A DNA stretch of 56,023 nucleotides from Minisyncoccota bacterium (GTDB lineage: Bacteria > Patescibacteriota > Minisyncoccia > UBA6257 > 2-01-FULL-56-20), in NCBI GenBank assembly GCA_025449695.1, contig JANWIW010000013.1:1-56023 (forward strand), given 5' to 3'. Below are positions 1-8,291 of the stretch, one piece after another; within the stretch, counting starts at the first letter, position 1; every line of letters starts with the position of its first letter. The translations under genes and the position numbers were made by a program. The notes beneath the pieces are model-generated. The model searched no databases, was not told the DNA's origin, and saw nothing but the letters and a program-made list of their open reading frames with translations.

Positions 1-120
1 ACAATCGTAACCCCCTCAACTGAAGTCCGTCCGGTATGGCCGGAGCGGTTGCTGCATGGACCGATTTGAACTGCCCGCATAATATCACTTTTCTGTGATT
101 ATGCAAGCAGAAGAACGAAC

Positions 121-143
121 ATCGCGCACCGTGAAGGTGCGCG
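121..143 (-). terminator. Putative hairpin terminator downstream of CDS 157..1707
   Basis: Inverted repeat cgcgcacc/ggtgcgcg with a short loop. It lies 14 nt past the minus-strand stop, and the following U-tract is weak. Confidence 0.35.
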
Positions 144-156
144 ACATTTTGTTCGA

Positions 157-1707
157 TCAATTGGCCGTTGCGGGAAATGTGTTATTCATGGACCATCCCC
201 TGGCAGTAAACTCCGCCCTGAAGCGGGAAGTGTACGCGATAACACCCCGCGCCTGGTCGCTCTTGCCTAGCGCAGGCTTGGGCGCCAGAGAGTACTTCTC
301 GTCGTGGTCTTCGTAGTTCGGAATGAGAATGCCCCAGCGGACCAGTAGAGCGAAGGCCGTTCTGTAGTTACGGCGGCGGAACTTCAGATCGAGCTTGTCG
401 TACTGCTTCTCGACCCGATCCTGAATGTCCCCTTCCGCACGGCAATCGCTGCCGAAGCTCTTCACGTCCCTGCCGAGGCCGAGTACCGCGATGAGGATCT
501 GCTTCGCCATGAGCACGTCGGGCCACCCTTCGAGAAACGGCTCGACCTGGAAACGGCGATTCGCCTCGACGCAAAGCTCCACGATGACCGTTGCCGGCAT
601 CGTCCAGTCGGCCGGATGCGCATTCTCGTTACCGTTTCCATTGCCGTTGCCGTTCCTCGGCACTTCTGCCTTAGGCCCGGACTGCGCTTCCGAAACCAAG
701 CGAGGAGCCTTCTCAAAACGCGTCGGCGGCCGGCGGGCGAGAGCCCTGTTCTGCATGCTCTCCCGAACCTCTTTCCTCTTCTCGGGCTTTACGTCAGGCC
801 GAAGCGCGCGCCTGATCTGGCGTGCTTCGCTCGAGGCGGGCGGGAACTTGAGCAAAAGGTCGCGCAGATCATTCTCGAGCTTGGCAAGTTTTTCTGCCGT
901 CCTCAGTTCGTCCGCCGTCTGCTTGACTCTTGCCCGCTCGGCCTCCAGCCGGGCGATCTTGGACCCCAAGCGTTCGTGCGTCTTTTGCTGAAGACGGATC
1001 AGCCGCAACGTCAGGACGAATTGCAGGAAGCCCGGGATCCGGACCGTCCCGGTCTCGCCGCCGGCAAGCCGCGCTATCTCGTGGAGCGGCTCATCGAAGG
1101 AGTTCCGGAACGCGCGGTACGCCGAATGCATGCCCCGTGGCCCGGTTCCGATGCACCACATCCCGGAGGCCGCGAAGATCGCTGCGATCAGGACCCAATA
1201 CGGCATTACGACGAAGGCTACTCCGAGATCGTGGTCGAGCGGGAAGATGACGAAGAGCCGCGCGTGTATGGGCGGCACCCTGACCGCTTGGTAGATCGGA
1301 TTGAGGAACGTCACGCCCACGATCGCGAACGGCAACCCGATCGCCTTGAGGAGTGCCAGGTTGCGGCCGCGGGTGATACGGGTGGACTTCTTGCAAAACT
1401 CGCCATAGAGCCATCCGCCCCACGTGAGGGCGACGACGCCCAAGAGCATGGCGGTAAGCGCGAATCCGATCTCGAGCTGGCGGCCCTCGAGGAACTGCCC
1501 CAACGGATCAGCCAAGTACCAGTCGATCAACCATTCGTTCCTCATGAACGGATGGGGCTTGGACTGTCCGATCTGGAGACGGTATCCATCGCGCGATAGG
1601 AGCACAAGTCCGGAGCCGGCTCTCATCAAGAACCATCCTCCCATGACGAGCGCGATCACGCCGCTTGCCACGAACACGAGCGCTTTCTGCTTCTTCTGAA
1701 TGGCCAT
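157..1707 (-). CDS. Membrane-anchored coiled-coil protein with an (NG)n linker and an unassigned C-terminal globular domain
   Basis: Track ORF 157..1737. I moved the start to the ATG at 1707 (MAIQKK...) because GGGAGGG lies just upstream. It has several N-terminal hydrophobic helices, a charged heptad-like stretch (ARLEAERARVKQTADELRTAEKLAKLENDL) and an NGNGNGNGN run. No family recognised. Confidence 0.6.
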   Translation of the reverse strand: MAIQKKQKALVFVASGVIALVMGGWFLMRAGSGLVLLSRDGYRLQIGQSKPHPFMRNEWLIDWYLADPLGQFLEGRQLEIGFALTAMLLGVVALTWGGWLYGEFCKKSTRITRGRNLALLKAIGLPFAIVGVTFLNPIYQAVRVPPIHARLFVIFPLDHDLGVAFVVMPYWVLIAAIFAASGMWCIGTGPRGMHSAYRAFRNSFDEPLHEIARLAGGETGTVRIPGFLQFVLTLRLIRLQQKTHERLGSKIARLEAERARVKQTADELRTAEKLAKLENDLRDLLLKFPPASSEARQIRRALRPDVKPEKRKEVRESMQNRALARRPPTRFEKAPRLVSEAQSGPKAEVPRNGNGNGNGNENAHPADWTMPATVIVELCVEANRRFQVEPFLEGWPDVLMAKQILIAVLGLGRDVKSFGSDCRAEGDIQDRVEKQYDKLDLKFRRRNYRTAFALLVRWGILIPNYEDHDEKYSLAPKPALGKSDQARGVIAYTSRFRAEFTARGWSMNNTFPATAN

Positions 1708-1847
1708 AAGCCCTCCCTTCCGATCCCAGTCTCTCAACAGCCATATTCTGGAGTCTGGGTTCTATTCTCAATCAATCACTCCTCGGGGGTTTTGTCAAAG
1801 GATGGCTGGGAAGGGCCAGGTTTGCCCGCGAGCAGCGGGCCGTACAA

Positions 1848-1873
1848 ACAAAAAACCGCTTAAGATGCTTAAG
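1848..1873 (-). terminator. Intrinsic terminator at the end of the 23S-5S unit
   Basis: On the minus strand the sequence reads CTTAAG-CAT-CTTAAG (a self-complementary hairpin) followed by CGGTTTTTTG. It overlaps the extended 5S helix I. Confidence 0.5.
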
Positions 1874-1990
1874 TGTCGGCACATCCTACTTTCCCCGATA
1901 AATCGAGTATCATCGGACATGCAGCGTTTCACTACTCTGTTCGGAATGGGAAGAGGTGGTTCCACTGCATATAAAGCACCGACGCTTAAA
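1870..1990 (-). rRNA. rrf: 5S rRNA
   Basis: The reverse complement contains CCCATTCCGAACAGAGTAGTGAAACGCTGCATGTCCGATGATACTCG. Helix I pairs GCGTCGGTGC with GTGCCGACAC. Ends are accurate to about +/-5 nt. Confidence 0.85.
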
Positions 1991-2048
1991 TGCCCTAAAC
2001 GGTTCTATGGCTGCGCTCTCGCGCTTCGCGCGAGACCTTAAAGATAGT

Positions 2049-2207
2049 CCCCTTTCGCTAAAGCTTCGGAGGGACATAAGAATCCCTAAAACGCGATTAC
2101 GCGTTTTAAAGATTGTTGCCCCACTTCGCTCTTACCAACGAAGCGGGTGTCCCCCTTCGCTAAAGCTTCGGAGGGACATAAGAATCCCTAAAACGCGATT
2201 ACGCGTT
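2049..2207 (-). repeat. Two ~57-nt direct repeats in the 23S-5S spacer
   Basis: Positions 2049-2106 and 2150-2207 are near identical (ccc(c)tt(t)cgctaaagcttcggagggacataagaatccctaaaacgcgattacgcgtt). Each holds a CCUUCG/CGGAGG hairpin and an aacgcg-atta-cgcgtt hairpin. Confidence 0.85.
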
Positions 2208-2519
2208 AAGGGATTCTAATGTAAGTCAGCATTGGGATGGTTGGCGGGTATTAGTACTCCTTGGCTCAAAACCTCACGGTCCTTACACCTGGAGCCTATC
2301 AACGTCGTAGTCTTCAACGAACCCATACTACCTAATCTTGGAGTGGGCTTCGTGCTTAGATGCTTTCAGCACTTATCCCGTCCGCACATAGCTACCCGGC
2401 GGTTCAGCTGGCGCCAAAGCCGGTAGACCAGAGGTACGTTCAACCCGGTCCTCTCGTACTAGGGTCAACTCTCCTCAAGTAGAAACGCCTGCAGCAGATA
2501 GAGACCAACCTGTCTCACG

Positions 2520-2973
2520 CATGTTCGAGTATTTAGTAACTGGTAATCAGTAACTAGGACTTCGAATCCGTTATTACTAACGGTTTGGACTATACCACCC
2601 TCTCTCGCGAGAGGATCGACGTATTAGCAGCCGCTATTGGCGGGCCGCTCCGTCCATCTTCAAAGAAGATGGAACAAGTCTCTACGGGGTTATATCTCGA
2701 TATCTTTTTCCACTGAGATCCGGACCAAAACACGCCCTTGGGCGGCGTCGATCGGATGATTCAGCGGGCGAAAAGATTGATCGAGGATAAACTTCCCTCG
2801 GAATTGTCCGCAGCGAAGTAGGTTGTGGAACTTCGCAGGGATTTCTCCGATATGAGTCGATTTGTGCACCCATGCGTTGCCGCATGGGGCCGCCGTGTAC
2901 GATGTCTTAACTTTCATTGGCACCCGGTCCAGTTGTTCGGGAGGACGCCTTCGCGCCCCTCGAACGGTTGTTG
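2520..2973 (-). mobile_element. Group-I-type intron in the 23S peptidyl-transferase region (about E. coli U2593), with no convincing ORF
   Basis: The exon reads ...GGGTTCAGACCGT | intron | CGTGAGACAGGTTGGTC. The joined exons match the conserved AGAACGUCGUGAGACAG. The 5' exon ends in U and the intron ends in G. Confidence 0.75.
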
Positions 2974-3622
2974 ACGGTCTGAACCCAGCTCACGTGCCCT
3001 TTTAATTGGCGAACAGCCAAACGCTTGGGAGCTTCTCCACCCCCGCGCTAGGGCGAGCCGACATCGAGGTGCCGAGCGATGCCGTCGCTATGGACGCTCG
3101 GGCATCACTAGCCTGTTATCCCCGGAGTAGCTTTTATCCGGTGTCTCCCACCTTTCTATGAAGAATGGTCGGGTCACTAAGTTCTGCTTTCGCATCTGCG
3201 CGACTTGTAGGTCTTGCAGTTAAGCCGGCTTCCGCCTTTACGCGTCCGGCCCGGTTTCCATCCGGGCTAAGCCGACCTTAATAAACTCCTCCGTTACTTT
3301 TTGGGAGGAAAACGCCCCATTTAAACTACCCACCAAGCACTGTCCCAGCGGAGTTTCCGTGTGGTCATCCGCCGGTGAGACGTCAAAGTCTTGAAGATGG
3401 CTGTTTCATTGTCGCCTCCACGATCCCCGAAAGGACCGCTTCAAAGGCTCGCCACTACGCTACGCATCAAAACTCTGAAATCAATACCAGGCTGCAGTAA
3501 AGCTTCCGGGGTCTTTTCGTCCCGCTGCAGGTATCCCGCGTCTTCACGGGAATCGCAATTTCACCGAGCTCATCTTTGAGACAGTTCTCCAGTCGTTACG
3601 CCTTTCGTGCGCTTCGGAACTT

Positions 3623-4381
3623 CATTCCATTTTCTTATCTTACGATAAGGATCAGACTATATCTTCATCTTTCCCGAAGAAGTTCTTGGATTTCCTCTTT
3701 CGTTTGCTTGCGCTTTCCAGAACCGTTCATCTAATATGTCAAATCCAGAATTTCCAAAAAACCATTCCTGGTCAGATGGAAATCTTGATTTATTTTTAGA
3801 CATATCATTCTGAACAGCTCGAAATCGCGTTGCTTGAACGAAAGCAGAGGAAACCTTCCAAAGTGAGGGATGATACGATGCATGAGATCATCGTGATCTC
3901 GAACTTCGAATTTCACGGTTTTATCTGCATAATCGCGGCGGATGTAGCCGCATCCGAAGTATTTCTGGATGATATCCAAAACTTGACGCCTGTCTTCGTT
4001 TTGGCTCACCGAGAAACTTGGACGCAGTTCCCAGCCCAATAATGCCTTATCCTTCATATTGAAGGTAACCGTAAAACACCCTTCACCATCGACATAACCA
4101 GAAATGTATTCCGGTATGTTCCTTGAACTCTTCGGCAAAGCGGTTGGCGTGTAATAGGCAGAATTTTCTGCGCTATTTCGGCTTTTCGCCTCAGTCGTTA
4201 CGGGGTCATTCCGGCTTTTCGCCGGAAGACTTCCCACGGTATTGTCCAGTTTGCTTGCAGCGCGGCCCATAATTCATTGTGAACAAGCCACAAGAACATG
4301 GCCAACTGTGCATAACTGGATTTCACCGTTATTAGCCAACTTCTTCGATCGAGATTGCTCTCGAAAGGGGCAAGTTCGTTT
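3623..4381 (-). mobile_element. Group-I-type intron at about E. coli U1951, carrying a LAGLIDADG ORF
   Basis: The mini-exon ends ...TTTTCGGGT and the 3' exon resumes AAGTTCCGAAGCGCACGAAAGGCG. The 5' exon ends in U and the intron ends in G. Confidence 0.8.
3731..4270 (-). CDS. LAGLIDADG homing endonuclease (single-motif type), intron-encoded
   Basis: 179 aa. Contains the motif YISGYVDGEGCFTV. Its size and position inside the intron fit an I-CreI-like enzyme. Confidence 0.85.
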   Translation of the reverse strand: MGRAASKLDNTVGSLPAKSRNDPVTTEAKSRNSAENSAYYTPTALPKSSRNIPEYISGYVDGEGCFTVTFNMKDKALLGWELRPSFSVSQNEDRRQVLDIIQKYFGCGYIRRDYADKTVKFEVRDHDDLMHRIIPHFGRFPLLSFKQRDFELFRMICLKINQDFHLTRNGFLEILDLTY

Positions 4382-4401
4382 ACCCGAAAAGGAATTGCGC
4401 T

Positions 4402-5080
4402 CAATTGTGTTACTCTGTCCGCTTCCTTTCGCGGACAACTCTCTATGTCGCCATAGAGTTCGGACTATATCTTCTCCGGCTTGCGCCGGGTCCGGCATAT
4501 AGTCTCTGAGGATTCTAAGAACGGATCTTTCTGCGGTTCGTCCTAGCAGCTAGCTTCAGAATGCTGTTCCATCCCGTTTCCTTGAGATGTTTCTTTTCAT
4601 ACATCATCGCAACAACTTTCTTGAATATCTCAAAATCGTTGCGCTTATATGTTCTGAGTGGAAACTCGTCGAAGAATGGAATGATGACATGATGAAGTTC
4701 TGAGATGGATCGTACGCAATACCGATATAGATGTTCATTATGGTCATCGTATCGTTTGTTAAGCACGATGCTACCGCAACCGAAGAAGTCTTTCGCTTCT
4801 TGCAGTGCAAGCAGGCTCTTCGCGCTCTGCGTGATCACAAACTCAGGAAATATCTGTTTTCCGAACCGAGTACTGGAATTACGGATCACCGAAACAGCAA
4901 AGCATCCTTCGCCGTCCGTGAATCCGGATATCCAGGAACCCATTATTAGCCTTTCCTGCTGATTGTCTGCACCACTCACATTTTCACTGTACTTCCGGAA
5001 GTATAGAACTTCCAAAGGCAGTAGTTGTGGATACTCAGATGTTCCAGCATATAGCCGAATTTTACTAAGGCAAGCAATTC
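4402..5080 (-). mobile_element. Group-I-type intron at about E. coli U1931, carrying a LAGLIDADG ORF
   Basis: The 5' exon ends ...AACTATAATCGTTCTAAGGT and the next exon begins AGCGCAATTCC. The 5' exon ends in U and the intron ends in G. Confidence 0.8.
4515..5015 (-). CDS. LAGLIDADG homing endonuclease (single-motif type), intron-encoded
   Basis: 166 aa. Contains the motif WISGFTDGEGCFAV. The real start may be the internal MGSW. Confidence 0.85.
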   Translation of the reverse strand: MEVLYFRKYSENVSGADNQQERLIMGSWISGFTDGEGCFAVSVIRNSSTRFGKQIFPEFVITQSAKSLLALQEAKDFFGCGSIVLNKRYDDHNEHLYRYCVRSISELHHVIIPFFDEFPLRTYKRNDFEIFKKVVAMMYEKKHLKETGWNSILKLAARTNRRKIRS

Positions 5081-5357
5081 ACCTTAGAACGATTATAGTT
5101 ATCGCTGACATTGACGAGGGCTTCACTCAGTCGGCAGTACGGGTTGCCCCGCACCACTGCCAAGTTTGACCTTCTCGCATCGGTCAGGCGTCACCCCCTA
5201 TACATCCTCTTGCGAGTTAGCAGGGAGCTGTGTTTTTGGTAAACAGTCGCCAGAGAGACTTTCACTGCGGCCTATCGAGGCTGGAAGAAGGAGACGAGAC
5301 GCTCCCACTTAAGGAGGGCCTCGTGCTCCGATTTGTTGTGATCGCGAAGGAAGGGAA

Positions 5358-5434
5358 TGGTTCCCAGGGACGGAATTGAACCGCCGACACGTGGGTTTTC
5401 AGTCCACTGCTCTACCAGACTGAGCTACCTGGGC
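5358..5434 (-). tRNA. tRNA-Phe(GAA)-like gene with encoded CCA, embedded in the 23S insertion
   Basis: GCCCAGGTAGCTCAGTCTGGTAGAGCAGTGGACTGAAAACCCACGTGTCGGCGGTTCAATTCCGTCCCTGGGAACCA. It folds as a full cloverleaf with anticodon loop CUGAAAA. The mismatches are G1-A72 and A31-C39. Confidence 0.7.
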
Positions 5435-5465
5435 ATGTCCCATTCTCCGCATTTTCGCAAAGAAT

Positions 5466-5500
5466 TGGTCGGGGCGACGGGACTCGAACCCGTGACCTCA
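5466..5500 (-). ncRNA. tRNA-like 3' module (variable loop, T-arm, acceptor 3' strand and ACCA; tRNA-Pro-like) with no recognisable 5' half
   Basis: GAGGTC-ACGGG-TTCGAGT-CCCGT-CGCCCCG-A-CCA. I found no adjacent D-arm or anticodon arm. Confidence 0.4.
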
Positions 5501-7350
5501 CGTTCTTCGCTTCGAGGAAACCGCAGAGAGCCGGAAGGAGCGGACGAAGCTTACCCCATCCACCCGCGCTGCCAGGCACCCTCCTGACTCTCCGCGTTTT
5601 CCTCGCAATTTATTCGTAATGGGCCGGCCGGAGGCGCGGTCGCTTACAGGAGGTTCTCCGGCGGCTTTACGCAGAGAACCGTTTTGCGGAAGCTGGGCCT
5701 GACCAGACTTCCAACCCGCCAGCGCGCTGCGCCTACCGGCCTTCCCGAATGTGCTACAACAAAAGAGACAGCATGCGGCAGGGTTTATCTCCCCGCATAC
5801 GACCCCGAGAGGCCGCATCACATCATGTGTGTAGGCAGCATGCGATCAGGAGGCGGTGAGCCGACCCCGATCGTGACGCAGCACTGACTCCTTCTTCCAA
5901 CCTCGACAGGCAGGCCTTATACCGAAGGTACGGCCGCTTTTTTGCCGAGTTCCTTAAAGATGACTCACTCGTTCCCCTTAGGCTTCTCGCCTCACCCACC
6001 AGTGGCGGTTTACGGTACGGTAACCGTACGCTCGTTTTCATTGGACTTTTCTCGGAAGGCTCTTCGGAAACATTTGCCCGGTAAAACCGGACATTCCCCC
6101 GCCCTCGGCCGGAGCCTTCGGGTAGGGATGCCAATCCAATAAGGCACGTCTCTTTATTTCCTTCGCATCCAACTATGATCGTACGGCTGTGCTGGAATAT
6201 TAACCAGCCTGCCATCGGCTGCGGCTTTCGCCATTGCCTTAGGGCCGACTAACCCGTGGTTGATTGCCAGTGCCACGGAAACCTTGGATTTTCGGGGTCA
6301 CATTTTCGCATTGTGATAGTGGTTACTCATGCCAACATTCTCACTTCCTGACGCTCCACAGGCCCTCGCGGGTCCTGCTTCGTCGCAGACAGGAATGCTC
6401 TCCTACCGCTCAGACGTTCCCGAAGGAACGATTGAACCCATAATTTCGGTACTATGCTTAGCCCCGATACATTTTCGGCGCGCCTTGCCGTCGAATAGTG
6501 AGTTGTTACACACTCTTTAAAGGATGGCTACCTCTAAGCCAACCTCCTATCTGTCTGTGGCACGACACTGCCTTTTACACTTAGCATAGATTTAGGGACC
6601 TTAATTGATGGTCTGGGCTGTTCCCCTCGCGTACATGGAGCTTAGCCCCCACGTACTAACTAGAGTACTTGCATGTCCGGTATTCGGAGTTTGACTAAGA
6701 GGCCGGCCTTTCGGCCATTACCCCTCAACCAGTAGCTCTACCCCCAGACATTACGTAGCTCCGCCAGTCCTAAAACTGTTTCGGAGAGAACTAGCTATTA
6801 CCGAATTCGATTAGCTTTTCACTCCTTACCTCAGCTCATCCCAAGGTGTTGCACAACCCACGGGTTCGGTCCTCCCCCCGTGTTTCCACGGGGTTCAACC
6901 TGGCCAAGGCAAGCTCATCCGGCTTCGAGTCTTAGGTATGCGACTGAAATTTTCGCGCTATTAACACTCGGTTTCCCTGCGGGTTCGCCCTCGAAAGGAC
7001 TTACCCTTGCCACATACCTAAAGTCGTTGGCTCATTCTTCAATAGGCACACTGTGGACCTTGCGGTCGCCAGTTCCTTGTAAACAGATGGTTTCAGGTTC
7101 TATTTCAACGGCCTCACCGGCCTGCTTTTCACCTTTCCCTCACGGTACTTGTGCACTATCGATCAACAAATGTATTTAGCCTTAGGAGATAGTACTCCCA
7201 GGTTCCCTCGAAGCTGTTTTACCTCGAGGTACTCAAGAAAAGAAACTGAAGAGTTCATCAGTTTTCGCCTACGGGGCTATCACCCGCTCTGGCGCGCCTT
7301 TCCAGGCGGCTTCGGCTAACCAACGAATTTGTGACTCTTTCTTAGAACAC

Positions 7351-7434
7351 AGGTGTTAGGTGTCAGGTTGCAGGTTATAGAGAAGAATACGATTGTTTCC
7401 GCTCTATGACCTGCAACCTTTAACCTAAAACCTA
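7351..7434 (-). repeat. Low-complexity hairpin insertion in 23S domain I
   Basis: aggtgttaggtgtcaggttgcaggttatagag pairs with ctctatgacctgcaacctttaacctaaaacct. It sits just 5' of the conserved CTGGAAAGGCGCGC...AGCCCCGTA block. Confidence 0.7.
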
Positions 7435-7475
7435 TCTTCCAGCGTTTCATCCTTTCAACACTGATCAAAAGATCA

Positions 7476-7508
<33 letters not shown>

Positions 7509-7747
7509 TAGGGAATGCTTCCACTTGCGTGGACTTTTTTTCATTTCCTCTGGCTACTGAAATGTTTTACTTCACCAGGTTTGCCCCTCCTTGCGGAGGT
7601 TACTGAGGTTTGCTCAATAGGGTTGCCCCATTCGGAAATCCCCGGGTCATCGGTCGCTCCGCACCTCACCGGGGCGTATCGCCGCTACGCGGCGTCCTTC
7701 ATCGCCATTTGTTGTCTAGGCATCCTCCATCTGCTCTTATGCCAACC

Positions 7748-7765
7748 ATCCCAATGCTGACTTAC
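7748..7765 (-). other. 23S leader arm of the processing stem (partner at 2221-2238)
   Basis: Positions 7742-7765 are the exact reverse complement of 2221-2244 (24 bp). The outer 18 bp extend beyond helix 1, as an RNase III-type processing stem does. Confidence 0.7.
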
Positions 7766-8052
7766 TTGTCCGCCATAGCTTGACGCGACGGCGGACTGCC
7801 CAACCTCCCTCTTTAAGCAAAGAGGCTGGACTTTTTTCCCTCCTGACCGCAATTGCGAGCGGTCGAGGGTTATCAGATCTTCATATCCGCGGCGCCCATT
7901 CGGACTGGCCCGCGGCAGGTTTCTCAAAATCCGGTCGGTTCAATCGATTACGAAAAGACCGCTCTGCCCGAGCGGTCGTCCCGAACGCCGTATAGGCGCG
8001 GGTTTCAGCCGCTCAGTTGGAGGTTTTTCGTGATGCTCATTTCGCGGGGTTC

Positions 8053-8080
8053 ATTATACCTGCTCGGAAAGGGGTGTCAA
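8053..8080 (-). promoter_or_regulatory. Sigma-70-type promoter of the 23S-5S unit
   Basis: The minus strand reads TTGACA (8080-8075), a 16-nt spacer, then TATAAT (8058-8053). This is about 290 nt upstream of the processing stem. Confidence 0.6.
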
Positions 8081-8260
8081 ACCCTTCCGGTACGGCCTTG
8101 GAAAGACTTGAGATTTCGTCCGGATTCCATTGATCCAATAAATAGAGTTGCTTTGCATAGCGGCGGGAAGCGTTCGCCATGCGAACGGTTTTTCGATGCC
8201 ATACAAGGAGCTCATGCGTCCCGAAGCATCTTCATGCGCAAGAACTTCATGCAAATACGG

Positions 8261-8283
8261 AAGGCTCGCGCGAAGCGAGCCTT
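8261..8283 (-). terminator. Hairpin downstream of the EEP gene
   Basis: aaggctcgc-gcgaa-gcgagcctt. The U-tract is weak. Confidence 0.4.
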
Positions 8284-8291
8284 GCCATACA

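Larger units (their letters stand above)
5294..5887 (-). other. 594-nt insertion in the 23S helix-63 region, closed by a 22-bp stem
   Basis: Arms 5888-5909 and 5272-5293 are reverse complements (22 bp, two G-U). Canonical 23S sequence lies immediately outside both arms. The interior is rich in hairpins and has no credible ORF. Confidence 0.75.

Noticed and set aside
95-316. A plus-strand 73-aa ORF at the window start, and other short ORFs overlapping CDS 157..1707.
   Set aside because: They are antisense or out of frame with a longer ORF that has a strong Shine-Dalgarno. They have no signals of their own.
2049-2207. Repeat-spacer-repeat pattern, considered as a CRISPR array.
   Set aside because: There are only two ~57-nt copies. 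They lie inside the 23S-5S spacer, and no cas genes are present.
2690-2923. A 77-aa ORF inside the U2593 intron, considered as a possible degenerate homing endonuclease.
   Set aside because: I could not recognise a LAGLIDADG, GIY-YIG, HNH or His-Cys box motif. It is short, and the ~450-nt intron is the size of an ORF-less group I intron.
5466-5887. tmRNA or RNase P RNA hidden in the 23S insertion. The cues were a T-arm plus ACCA end, and GAGGAAAACGCGG...GGGTGCCTGGCAGCGC vaguely resembling RNase P CR-I/P7.
   Set aside because: The acceptor would be C1-G72 with no G3-U70. There is no tmRNA 5' GGGG...UUCGAC motif and no ...LAA tag frame. The invariant GGAAAGUCC of RNase P is absent, and the segment is too short.
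7800-7830. A boxA-like antiterminator (CTCTTTAAGCAA) in the rRNA leader.
   Set aside because: The good match is on the plus strand, opposite to rRNA transcription. On the correct strand it reads CUCUUUGCUUAAAG, which is only a weak match. It is probably just a hairpin.
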